Assembly: GCA_020718905.1 (NCBI GenBank)
Contig: DYRD01000003.1
Location: forward strand, 1 to 63,571
Direction of reading: 5' to 3'
DNA length: 63,571 bases
Source of the DNA: Syntrophus aciditrophicus
GTDB taxonomy: Bacteria; Desulfobacterota; Syntrophia; Syntrophales; UBA8958
Shown: in pieces, positions 50,020 through 59,839 of the stretch
Position numbering within the stretch: the first letter of the stretch is position 1
Layout of the letters: each line of letters begins with the position of its first letter
Notes under the pieces: model-generated
The model's input: the letters and a program-made list of their open reading frames with translations, nothing else
Told to the model about the DNA's origin: nothing
The model's database searches: none
Program-made: the position numbers and the translations under genes

Positions 50020-52010
50020 TTACAGCAGGGGAACGGCGATGAGGGTGAGGCCGGTGGCGGCAACGGCGCCGAACATCATGGCAATTGCCAATCCCTGGAA
50101 AATAGGATCAAAGAGCATGACAAAAGAACCCACAACGACGGCCGCCGCCGTCAGGATGATGGGCCGGAAACGAACCGCCCCGGCGGATATGATGGCCTCT
50201 CTCAGATCGCCATTTTCCTGCCATTCCATTTGGATAAAATCAACGAGGAGAATGGAATTGCGAACGACGATGCCCGCCAGGGCGATGAACCCGATCATGG
50301 AGGTGGCCGTAAAGAAGGCCCCCAGGATCCAGTGCGCGGGCAGGATACCCACCAGAGTAAGGGGTATGGGAGCCATAATCACCAGAGGGGTGATAAAATT
50401 TCGAAACCAAGCCACGACCAGAATATAGATGATCACCAGGACGGCGGCGAAGGCGATTCCCAAGTCGCGGAATACTTCGTAGGTGATATGCCACTCGCCG
50501 TCCCACTTCATGGCGTACCGGTCTTCCCGTTCCGGTTGGACCGTGGAATACTGCTTCAATTCATATCCCTCGGAGAGCTTCAATTTGGCAACCTCCTCCT
50601 GCATCTTCAGGATGGCATAAATCGGGCTCTCTTCCGTTCCGGCCACATCCCCCGTCACATAAGTCACTTTTTGCAGATTTTTATGGTAGATGGTTTTCTC
50701 TTCAAAGCCATCTCGCGTCTTTACCAATTCCGAGACGGGCACCGCTCCCCCATTGGCTGAAGGAACGGTAAGGGACTTTAGCGTTTCCGGATAGGACCGC
50801 GCGGTGACAGGCATCCGCACAAAAAGAGACACGGGTTCCCGTTCACGATCAAGGTGTACGATACCCGCCTCGACGCCGCTCACGGCGATGTTTAGGCCCC
50901 GGGCGATATCGGCAGGGCTGACGCCGTTCAGGGCCGCCTTTTCTCGGTCGATTTCATAGACAACCTTCCGCTGATCATCTTCCACAAGCCAGTCCACATC
51001 AACTACACCATCAGTCCTTGCAAAGATATTCATAACTTGTCCGGCGATTTGGCGCTGCCGTTCCGGCTCGGGGCCGTAAATTTCCGCGACGAGGGTGCTC
51101 AGGGCCGGCGGTCCCGGCGGGATTTCAGCTAATTTTATCCGAGCGTCGTAACGATCGGAGATCCTTTTCATCTCCGGACGTAGTCGTTTGGCAAGATCAT
51201 GACTCTGGGACTTCCGTTTGTCTCTGGAGACGAAATTAACCTGAATATCCGCCATATTGGGACCGCTCCGCAAATAGTAATGCCGGACGAGGCCATTAAA
51301 ATTGTGAGGGGCAGCGGTGCCGATGTAGGCCTCGTAGTCGGTTACCTCCGGCGCCGTCGTAATGTATTCGGTCAGGTCCCGGGTAAGGGCTGCTGTTTCT
51401 TCGAGGCTTCTCCCCTCGGGCATATCGATAATCACTTGCAGTTCGCTTTTGTTATCGAAGGGAAGCATCTTGACGGTGACTTTCTTCAAGGGGATAAGGG
51501 CCACCGCAAGGGCAAGGAGCAGCATTACCGCGGCGAAAGCAAGAATCCGCTTATTCCCTTGGTCAAGGAGCGGTCCCATGATCTTTTCATAAATACGACG
51601 TATCCCCCGTCCTCCCTTGCGACCACGGTGTGGCTTGATATTTTTCAGGACCAGCAGGCTCATCCAGGGACTGACAATAAACGCCACGAGAAGGGAAAAT
51701 AACATGGCGGCGGCAGCCCCGACGGGAATGGGCCGCATGTATGGTCCCATGAGGCCGGACACGAAGGCCATGGGAAGGAGGGCGGCGATTACCTTGAAGG
51801 TGGCGAGGAGGGTGGGATTTCCCACCTCATCCACGGCCTGTACGGCTGTCAGAGCGCCTACGCCGTGGCTGCGGAAATGACGGGTGATATTTTCCACGAC
51901 TACAATGGCGTCGTCCACCAGGATACCGATGGAGAAGATGAGGGCAAAAAGGGTCACCCGGTTCAAGGTGTAGCCATAAAGATAGGTGACGAGCAGGGTA
52001 AGGGCGAGGG
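50020..52010 (-). pseudogene. RND efflux permease, 5'-truncated
   Basis: The reading frame contains TM4-TM12 and the second periplasmic loop of an AcrB/CzcA-type protein (..[21 protein letters not shown]..). It is closed by TAG at 52011-13. Upstream is 130 nt of AT-rich non-coding DNA, so about 350 N-terminal aa are missing. Confidence 0.85.
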
Positions 52011-52147
52011 TCTAGGAATAACCCTCTTGGATGTCAATGGAGTTCAGACAAAATAACTATTTTTTGTGTATTATTATCTTTTCGATACTTTTTTATTTTC
52101 TGATTTTGATTTGGAACGGGAATGGCTTGGCCGCTGAATAACGACTG

Positions 52148-52960
52148 CTACAGGGGCAGCTTGACCACTTCGATCTGTCCGAGACTACGGCCCAGGAATC
52201 GCTCGGCAATTGTTTGAAAACGAAAGGGGACATCGGAGACGCAGAAATTATACTCCGGGGGGACCCGTAGGGGATTGGCAAGTCCTTTTTTTTGTAGAAG
52301 CTTGGCTGTAATCTCCGCCATCGCCTCGGCGGAGTCGACGAGATGGATCGATTTCCCGACAATTTCCTGGAGGAGGGGTTTAAGGAGGGGATAATGGGTG
52401 CAGCCCAGCACCAGGGTATCTATGTGTTCCGCCAAGACGGGCTTGAGGTATTCCTGGGCCGTCAGGCGGGTGACGGGGTGGTCCAGCCAACCCTCTTCCA
52501 CCAGGGGCACAAAGAGAGGGCAGGCCTGGGAAAAGACGCGGATAGATGGATCATGTTGATGGATTGTCCTCGCATAGGCGTTGCTGTTAATGGTCGTGGG
52601 GGTGCCAATGACAGCGACCTGCTTCGTTTTCGTCGCCTCTACGGCGCATAGGGCGCCGGCCTCGATGACCCCGAGAACGGGAACAGGAGACCGCTCCTGG
52701 ATTGGTTCATAGGCAACAGCGGCAATCGTATTACAGGCGATGATGAGCAGCTTGACCTTCTGTTTGATGAGGTAATCGGTAATTTCGGTGGCATACTGGG
52801 TGATGGTTTCTACAGACTTGACACCATAGGGAACCCGGGCGGTATCACCAAAATAGATGATATTTTCAAAAGGCAGGCGTTCCATGAGGGACCGGACCAC
52901 GGTCAACCCGCCGATTCCGGAATCAAAAACGCCAATAGGGTGAATTAATTTCAGATCCAT
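52148..52960 (-). CDS. murI: glutamate racemase
   Basis: GVFDSGIGGLTV, IIACNTI and LGCTHYP motifs. ATG at 52958-60. Confidence 0.93.
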   Translation of the reverse strand: MDLKLIHPIGVFDSGIGGLTVVRSLMERLPFENIIYFGDTARVPYGVKSVETITQYATEITDYLIKQKVKLLIIACNTIAAVAYEPIQERSPVPVLGVIEAGALCAVEATKTKQVAVIGTPTTINSNAYARTIHQHDPSIRVFSQACPLFVPLVEEGWLDHPVTRLTAQEYLKPVLAEHIDTLVLGCTHYPLLKPLLQEIVGKSIHLVDSAEAMAEITAKLLQKKGLANPLRVPPEYNFCVSDVPFRFQTIAERFLGRSLGQIEVVKLPL

Positions 52961-53154
52961 AGGTGGCTCATTTCTTGGGAATGACACGCCTGCGCACCGG
53001 GGCACGGCGCTCCGGGGCGGAGTCCGCGGCTTGATGACGCGCCGCGGCGCCGCTTAGATCTCCCACCTGGCCCGGTATTTCGTCCGGGACGGCATTAAGC
53101 CCGGGGGGAGTTGCTTCCCGCTGAGTGATCCGCCGGGACAGCATCCTTCCCGGT

Positions 53155-54552
53155 TCACGCCCCCCCCTCCCGGCCTGATTTACCGCAACGCTGGCTACCT
53201 ATTTTTTCCGGGCTTTTTATGATTACGCTGCTTCTCGTCTTCATGGGGGCTGGGGGGACGGATTGCAAACTGTCCCCGGTCGCTCTGGTTATCTTTGCCT
53301 GTCCTCGCACCGCACCCCGGTCAGCGCCGGGTCCGGAATCGCCATGCGGCAGAAGTTCGCCGTCCATATGCTTAGGCTTTTCTTCCTGGGTTTGTTGCTT
53401 CCTGCTGCCTGTGTAGATCTCGTATTCCAGGAGACGGCTTTCCAACTCACCGTTATACAAGATTATCCGTCGGGAAGTACGGAGCCCCACCTTTTTGGCT
53501 AAATCCGGATTGGCCGTAAAGACATAGCCCCTGTACCCCTCGCATCTCTCCTTGAAAAAGTCGCCGATCCCTTTATAGAGACCGGCAAGGTCGGCTTCTT
53601 CCCCCAACCGCTGGCCGTAAGGGGGGTTCATGATCACGATGCCTTTTCCCGCCGGTATCGACGTATTTTCAAAAGGACATTGGCGAAATTGGATATACCG
53701 GCCCATTTTTGCCCTCCCGGCGTTGACGCCGGCGGCCCGGACCGCTTCGAGAGAAATATCCGTGGCAAATATCCGTCCGGGGATATCCTTCCGCTCCCTT
53801 TTTCTGACTTTCAGACGCACCTGCTGCCACTGGTCATCGTCAAATCCTTTCAGATGCAGGAAACCGAAGTTGTCTCGCAGCAACCCCGGGGCCCGCCTCC
53901 GCGCGATCAGCGCCGCCTCGATGGCCAGGGTTCCACTGCCGCACATGGGATTGATCAGCGGCCCGTCGCCCGTCCAGCCCGTGGCCATGATCACTGCCGC
54001 CGCCAGGGTTTCCTGCATGGGGGCCGTCAGAGGAATCTTGCGATAACCGCGGCGGGAGAGAGGCTCTCCAGAGGTGTCGGCAAAAATCCGGTAGCGGTCA
54101 TCCTTCCAGTACACATGCACAACGGCACCGGTCCGGTCGGAACCGGAATCAGGACGGCACCGGAACAAGTTCCGGAGGCGATCCACAATGGCGTCTTTGA
54201 CCTTGAGGTTGGCGTAACGGGGGTCGCGAATTTCCGGCGTATCTACGGAAGAGGTTATGCAGACGTAGCCGTCCGCATGGAGGATATCCTCCCAGGGCAG
54301 GATAATGATCCCGTCATAGAGGTCGCCCGGCGTCTTGGCCCGTCCTTCGTGCAGGAGGAAAAGGACCCGTTGCCCCGTACGGAGAGAAAGATTGAGGAGC
54401 ATGGCATCCTCCATGGTCCCCGCCGTTTCTACGGCCGCTTCCGACTCTTCAAGGACCGGCATCCCCAGGGCAAGGATCTCCTGCAGTAAATAAGGGGCCG
54501 TCCCCTTGGCGCAGGTAACAAGAATACGGCGCTTTTCCACCCACATTGACAT
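53155..54552 (-). CDS. THUMP-domain class I SAM-dependent RNA methyltransferase (RlmL N-domain/YpsC-like)
   Basis: THUMP-like N-terminus, DPMCGSGT-type motif (INPMCGSGTLAIEA) and NPPYG catalytic motif (IVIMNPPYGQRLG). An unusual 85-aa low-complexity C-terminal tail. The start is ambiguous (54552/54570/54609). Confidence 0.82.
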   Translation of the reverse strand: MSMWVEKRRILVTCAKGTAPYLLQEILALGMPVLEESEAAVETAGTMEDAMLLNLSLRTGQRVLFLLHEGRAKTPGDLYDGIIILPWEDILHADGYVCITSSVDTPEIRDPRYANLKVKDAIVDRLRNLFRCRPDSGSDRTGAVVHVYWKDDRYRIFADTSGEPLSRRGYRKIPLTAPMQETLAAAVIMATGWTGDGPLINPMCGSGTLAIEAALIARRRAPGLLRDNFGFLHLKGFDDDQWQQVRLKVRKRERKDIPGRIFATDISLEAVRAAGVNAGRAKMGRYIQFRQCPFENTSIPAGKGIVIMNPPYGQRLGEEADLAGLYKGIGDFFKERCEGYRGYVFTANPDLAKKVGLRTSRRIILYNGELESRLLEYEIYTGSRKQQTQEEKPKHMDGELLPHGDSGPGADRGAVRGQAKITRATGDSLQSVPPAPMKTRSSVIIKSPEKIGSQRCGKSGREGGA

Positions 54553-54692
54553 GATCGTTTCGGATTCCATATTTTTTGGCATTTTTCTTTCTATCAAAAT
54601 TTCCATCAAATTATAAGGATTATATCTGCCATACGGGAAAAAATTGAAAGAGGCGGTTGCGAAACCCGTAGGATTTGTGTAGATGGATAGCC

Positions 54693-55739
54693 ATGAGTCA
54701 TGAAAAGTCTCGACATATTGCTTTTTACATCCTCCTCGGGCTGGCTACGCTCCTTTTTCTCTATCTCATGAAGCCTTTTTTCTTCCCCATTTTCTGGGCG
54801 GCGCTGATCGCCATCGTCTTCACGCCCACTCATCAGTACCTCTGTAGGAAGGTCAAATCTCCTAACCTCGCGGCAACGATTATTCTCAGCGTGATCATGC
54901 TGATCATCATTCTGCCGGCCGGGGTAATCGGTAGCCTCTTGCGCTCCGAATCCCTGGAATTGTATAATACCCTCGAGGTTAACGGGGCTTTTGCTGAACA
55001 AAAGATCGAGGATATCTCGAAGCAAATCATAGCCAATCCCTACATGAACCGCCTGCATATCGATATGGCCTTTCTCTCGGAAAATATCGCCGCGGGAGCG
55101 AAAAACTTTGTCAACTTCATCATCTACAACCTCAAGGACCTGACGCAGAACACCATCGTATTTGCGGTGAACTTTTCCATCATGCTCTATACCCTATTCT
55201 TTTTTATCCGGGACGGAGATAGGTTCGTCAATATGGTCATGAAACTCATGCCGCTCGAACAGGACCGGGAGGCCCTGATCCTGGAACGGTTCTCCGCCAC
55301 TGCTCGGGCTACCCTCAAGGTGACTTTGATTATCGGCGGTATCCAGGGCATCCTGGGGGGACTGATCTTTTTTCTCACCGGGGTCAAAGGCGCCTTAACC
55401 TGGGGGACGCTTATGGTCTTTACGTCCATTGTTCCCGCCATCGGCTGTTCCCTGGTCTGGGCCCCGGCGGGAATCGTTATGATCATAATGGGACATTTCT
55501 AGCAAGGCATGATCATTCTGGCCTTTGGCGTTGTCGTCATCAGCCATGTGGATGCGCTGTTACGTCCGCTCCTTTTAGGGCATGACGTCCAGATGCACAC
55601 CCTGCTGATCTTTCTTTCCACCCTCGGTGGTCTTGCCCTCTTCGGGATTTCGGGTTTCGTCATCGGACCCGGCATCACCTCCCTGGTGCAGGCCTTCTGG
55701 GAGATGCATGACGAATTATACAAAAAGGATGGATTGTGA
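54693..55739 (+). pseudogene. AI-2E family (PerM/YhhT-like) transporter with an in-frame TAG
   Basis: Polytopic protein whose two halves (to 55499, and from 55503) share one frame, separated only by TAG at 55500-02 in ..IIMGHF-*-QGMIILAFG... Trp (TGG) is the likely original codon. This is inferred from my recollection of the family pattern. Confidence 0.8.
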
Positions 55740-56173
55740 AAAGGGCCTATTCTTTTATCCGTCACCCGACGGATTTGCAAGCATTTAAAATCATTCGCCT
55801 CTACCAGGAAGCGGGATGGTGGACCGGACAGACCCGGGAAAATCCTGAACTGATTCGCCGGATTGTCGCGGGGAGCCATTGTTTCGTTCTCGCCGGTGCA
55901 GAGGACGAAATTATCGGTATGGGCCGGGCGATCAGCGATGGGATCAACGACGCCTACATTCAGGACGTGACCGTTCTTCCCGAATTCCGGGGACAGGGCC
56001 TCGGCAGGGGCATCGTGGAGGAGATTCTCAAACGGTTGCGGACCGACGGTTTGCAATGGATCGGACTCATCGCCGCCGGCCATACCCATCCCTTTTACCG
56101 GAAGCTGGGGTTTGAAGAAATGCCGGCCGCCACGCCGATGCTCCTGATGATGAATCCTGATGAGGTGTATTGA
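55736..56173 (+). CDS. GNAT family N-acetyltransferase
   Basis: 145 aa with acetyl-CoA motif A, VLPEFRGQGLGRGIV. The GTG start overlaps the upstream stop (GTGA). Confidence 0.85.
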   Translation: MKRAYSFIRHPTDLQAFKIIRLYQEAGWWTGQTRENPELIRRIVAGSHCFVLAGAEDEIIGMGRAISDGINDAYIQDVTVLPEFRGQGLGRGIVEEILKRLRTDGLQWIGLIAAGHTHPFYRKLGFEEMPAATPMLLMMNPDEVY

Positions 56174-56180
56174 CAACATC

Positions 56181-57089
56181 ATGATGAAAAAGCTCACCCA
56201 CGAAGACTACCCCCTGCTCAAACCTTACTTTGCCGCGCAGCCTTATGGTCTTTGCACCTATTCCCTGCCTTCCCTGATCGTCTGGGGCAACCATGTCTTC
56301 CAGACGTTCTATGCCATCGAAAATGATTCCGTAATCATCGCCAATGAATCCGGATGCCGGCCGGAAGATAACCACCTACTGTTGCCGGTCAAACCGGACG
56401 GGCTGCCCGCACCGGAAGAAATTGCCGCCCTCGCCTTGCGGACCGGCTACGGGCGTTATGGATCGGTCCCGGAGGATTATCTGGAAAAGATGGGAAGGGA
56501 AAGGATCGGGCAACATTTTGTCGTCTCCGCACAGCCGGAATATGACGACTACGTTTATCTTACCGAGGATTTAAGTCTCCTCAAAGGCAATCGCTACGCC
56601 AAGAAACGCAATCTCCTGCACCAGTTTTCCCGGGATTATCTCCGGCTAAACCGGGTGGCTACCGGACCGATCACCCCCAGTGTCGTTTCTGAATGCCTGG
56701 ATTGTCTCGAGAAGTGGTGTGAAATAAGGAGCTGCGACACCGAACAGGACTTGAGTCTGGCCTGTGAAAAAGAGGCTGTTATCAACGCCCTTCATCACTG
56801 CCCAGACCTTGACATGCATGGGCTTTACGTACGCATTGACGGGGAGGTCTCGGCTTTCTGCCTTTCCTCCCATCTTCGCCGGGATATGGGGGTCATGAAT
56901 TTTGAAAAGGCCCTACCCCACATTCGCGGCCTCTACCAGTACCTCGACAACGAATGCGCGCAACACCTTTTTAACGGCTACCTGTATATCAATAAGGAAA
57001 GCGATATGGGGCTTCCCGCGTTAGCCGAATCAAAGCATTCCTATCATCCCGTCTTCAAAATCAAATCCTACCGTCTGTCCCTGCGCTGA
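56181..57089 (+). CDS. DUF2156-domain protein (MprF C-terminal / aminoacyl-transferase-like fold)
   Basis: 302 aa with ..GNRYAKKRNLLHQF.. and an overall pattern resembling the DUF2156 family. Starts 7 nt after the GNAT stop. Confidence 0.65.
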   Translation: MMKKLTHEDYPLLKPYFAAQPYGLCTYSLPSLIVWGNHVFQTFYAIENDSVIIANESGCRPEDNHLLLPVKPDGLPAPEEIAALALRTGYGRYGSVPEDYLEKMGRERIGQHFVVSAQPEYDDYVYLTEDLSLLKGNRYAKKRNLLHQFSRDYLRLNRVATGPITPSVVSECLDCLEKWCEIRSCDTEQDLSLACEKEAVINALHHCPDLDMHGLYVRIDGEVSAFCLSSHLRRDMGVMNFEKALPHIRGLYQYLDNECAQHLFNGYLYINKESDMGLPALAESKHSYHPVFKIKSYRLSLR

Positions 57090-57113
57090 AACCTGGTCCA
57101 TGCCGATTTTTAT

Positions 57114-57857
57114 TCAATCGATGGACATCAGGGACAGCCAGCGTTCTTCCTCGGTAGCACAGGGAAGGTCATGCTCCCTGAGGAGGGCGACAATTGCCGG
57201 CTCGTTGAAGCGGAGGTAGGGATTGATCTTCAATTCCTCGGCCATGGTCGAGTAAACATGGCCGGGGTCGTAGGTCTGCCGGAACCGGTCGATATCCGGG
57301 TTGTCCGGTTCCAAATCCTTAGCCAGCGCCAGGGAATCACGGACATAATCGTGGCCCGCATAAATCAGGGTATTTGCGGGCAAGGCCATGAGGCGCCTGA
57401 GGGACCGGAAGAAGGCAGGAAGATTCCCGGAAAAGCAGTTGCCCACGGTGCCGTTGAAGAGGGTGTCCCCCGTAAGCAGAGCGCCCCTGGCGCTCTGCGC
57501 GTCAGAGTTCATCAGAACGCCGCCCACATGGAAACACATGGAGTCCTCCGTGTGCCCCGGCGTCCGGTAAACCCGGATCGCCCCCTCCTCGATCTCGATG
57601 GTCCCGCCGTCGGGAAACGCGTTATGATCCAGATACAGCGCCCGGCTATGGCGCAGGAGGTTTTCATTGCCCGCCGTATGATCGAAGTGGCCGTGGGTAT
57701 TTGTGACATAGGTCAGGGAGAGGCCGTGCCCTGCGAGAAAGCGGCTGATCTCCTCCCAGGCCACGCCGTCTATGGCCACGGCCTCCTTATTCCCGTAAAG
57801 CAAGTAAGCGAGATTGTCACCGCAGTGAAACTGTTCAAGATGTAAGCCGGCCATCAC
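57114..57857 (-). CDS. MBL-fold hydrolase (hydroxyacylglutathione hydrolase-like)
   Basis: THGHFDHTAGN metal motif, later GHT..S and AGHDY motifs. 247 aa. Confidence 0.85.
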   Translation of the reverse strand: MMAGLHLEQFHCGDNLAYLLYGNKEAVAIDGVAWEEISRFLAGHGLSLTYVTNTHGHFDHTAGNENLLRHSRALYLDHNAFPDGGTIEIEEGAIRVYRTPGHTEDSMCFHVGGVLMNSDAQSARGALLTGDTLFNGTVGNCFSGNLPAFFRSLRRLMALPANTLIYAGHDYVRDSLALAKDLEPDNPDIDRFRQTYDPGHVYSTMAEELKINPYLRFNEPAIVALLREHDLPCATEEERWLSLMSID

Positions 57858-58407
57858 TATCCCCCTCCCCCTTGTCCCGGGAGAGAACCTCTCCCATAAC
57901 TTCCCGCCAGTATGAGTCGCCTCTCATCTGGGCGAGTTTTCTCTGTAACTGCCGTACCGCAATGCCCAGGACCTCGGCGGTTTGCCGCCGGTCGCCGCCG
58001 TTGTTCATGGGGACGTAGGCGACCTGGGTCTCGTCATTTTCCTTGAGGCTGCACAGGTGCCGGGCAAAAAGCGACTGCCGGGTGGGCTGTTTTCCCAGAT
58101 GATGGGGCAGGATCATCTTTTGCAATCTTTCCATATCAAAAGGTTTTTGAATCGTAAAGGAGGAAATGACGTCAGCGTCCGGATCCGCCGGCCCGTTTTC
58201 GCCGCCCGAGCCATATAAGACGGTGTCAAGGAGAGGATAATGTTTCTTGATGGATGCCAGAAGTTGCCGACCGTTTATGCCTTTGAGTTCCCGGATGCAT
58301 ATTACCCAATCCACCTCCGGATAGTCATCAAGATATTGCAGGATCCGCTCCTCATCATCGGGAGGCTTGACCAGCCAGGTGATGGCGCCCGGAAAATGCG
58401 TTTTCAT
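57835..58407 (-). CDS. atypical receiver-like domain plus Fis-type HTH protein
   Basis: The receiver-like fold lacks the acidic pocket (WLVKPPDDEE; DWVICIRELKGINGRQLL, where the phospho-acceptor Asp position is Ile). C-terminal HTH GDRRQTAEVLGIAVRQLQRKL. No AAA+ domain. Confidence 0.55.
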   Translation of the reverse strand: MKTHFPGAITWLVKPPDDEERILQYLDDYPEVDWVICIRELKGINGRQLLASIKKHYPLLDTVLYGSGGENGPADPDADVISSFTIQKPFDMERLQKMILPHHLGKQPTRQSLFARHLCSLKENDETQVAYVPMNNGGDRRQTAEVLGIAVRQLQRKLAQMRGDSYWREVMGEVLSRDKGEGDSDGRLTS

Positions 58408-58437
58408 ATCCTTAAGAAAGGCCGCAGCGGAATCCAC

Positions 58438-59040
58438 ACCCTACGGGAAGATCCGTGCCGCTCGAACCGGACCTCATCCAACGACCACAGGTCAAAGCGG
58501 GCATACTTGTCAAGATCATGGAGTTTTTTTATATGTTGCCTGCTGTTCCGGATCTGCATGGGCCATTTGCGGACGAGGTTTGCGAAACCGGAAACCCAGG
58601 CTCGCAAACAGACGCTGGCATTGCCGAACGCCCAATGAAACAACACCGCATGTCTGCCGGATGAATATGGAAAGAGTCTTGCGGTCCCACGATCCACATA
58701 ACCCCAGCTCGTGTGGATCTTTGCGCAAAGCATCTCCGATGACCGCCAGATGCTCTTTCTGTAGCTGAGGACGGCGGCCAGGACGTTCTCCATCCATGAG
58801 TCCGGAGCAACCGCGTTCCTCGAATCGTCTGACCCAGTACTCGACCATTCGGGGCGCATCACCGAGCATCTTGGCCACTTTACCGCAGGACTGGCCCTGG
58901 GCAACAAGTAGTACGGCATGCAATCGATGGTCATGGCAAGACTCTTCAGAACGACGGATTTCATCCTGGATCGCAAGGATCATGTTTCCCGCCGCGGTTA
59001 TAGTCAGTGGTTTTATAGAATATCTGCACCATAAAGCCAC
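58438..59040 (-). mobile_element. IS630-family transposase fragment (3'-truncated and frameshifted)
   Basis: N-terminal HTH/wHTH region (..VLLVAQGQSCGKVAKMLGDAPRMVEYWVRRFEERGCSGLMDGERPGRRP..). A shift occurs at the T7 run 58524-58530, then ..DLWSLDEVRFERHGSSRRVWIP (start of the DDE domain). Similarity stops there, and the rest of the catalytic domain is absent. Confidence 0.8.
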
Positions 59041-59217
59041 ATAGTACGCAAATATTTATGACGCTGTGTTTAAATCAGCGATGATCCGGTGAAGTCCTCT
59101 TCATGGATAATAAAAGTGGCTTTTATTCATAAAGATTGTTAGATTGCTATACGTTTACGCGTGACCTAAGCGAATCTCTCCATCACTTTGGCATGATAAA
59201 ATAGGGAGGAATGACCT

Positions 59218-59433
59218 ATGGAACTCGGCGATATTGTCATTGTGGACCACCCCCGGCATCCGTTTTACGGACGCACGGGAAAGATAATCGGCCGGCGGGG
59301 CGAACACGCGGCAGGCGACCCCTGGTTCCTCATATATGTGCCTACCCACATGCGCAGCTTTCTCGTTCCCCAATCAATGCTGTGCCTCGAAAAAGACGTG
59401 GCCGTGGAGGTTTTCAGCGAACGCCTTCAGTAG
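59218..59433 (+). CDS. small hypothetical protein
   Basis: 71-aa ORF with strong RBS AGGGAGG 8 nt before the ATG. N-terminal GDIVIVDHPRHPFYGRTGKIIG looks KOW/SH3-like. Confidence 0.45.
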   Translation: MELGDIVIVDHPRHPFYGRTGKIIGRRGEHAAGDPWFLIYVPTHMRSFLVPQSMLCLEKDVAVEVFSERLQ

Positions 59434-59439
59434 GGTATT

Positions 59440-59838
59440 GCCCCGATCAGCGACTTTTGCCTCCCCTCCGACAAGATGGGTATGGAGCATATAAGATAAC
59501 GATTTGATTTCAATGTGATATTCTCCTGATAGATAGCACTCGCTGACATAACGGACCTCCGGGCGCAGGGTGAGGTTGTACGGCAGCATAATGTCGGCGC
59601 TGGCCCCCATGATCCGGTTGGGAACAAGGGGCAGATCGTTCTTGTTGTACCGGCCGTCCGCAAAGGGCGCCAGATGGTAGGTATACTGCCCAGCAAGGGC
59701 GACGTATCCCTTGATGCTCCCCGAACGGGACCCTACCCCGCTCCCTGATGACGGGTGTGATCCAGGTTCTCGTTTCTTTTTGGGGAATCGTTCCCGGCGA
59801 TTTCGTCCTCCCTGTCGATCCGGAACACGGACATGCTT
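59440..59838 (-). pseudogene. C-terminal remnant of a TonB-dependent receptor (possible btuB relic)
   Basis: Directly after the btuD stop. SVFRIDREDEI..NLDHTRHQGAG shifts frame to ..GYVALAGQYTYHLAPFADGRYNKNDLPLVPNRIMGASADIMLPYNLTLRPEVRYV.., which resembles the last beta-strands of a TBDR barrel. There is no plug or N-terminal barrel. Confidence 0.4.
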
Positions 59839-59839
59839 A

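Noticed and set aside
59155-59610. Minus-strand ORFs 59155..59373 and 59374..59610 from the ORF track.
   Set aside because: They overlap the better-signalled plus-strand 71-aa ORF and the receptor remnant. They have no RBS and no independent motif, so I treat them as part of the decayed TBDR region rather than as genes.
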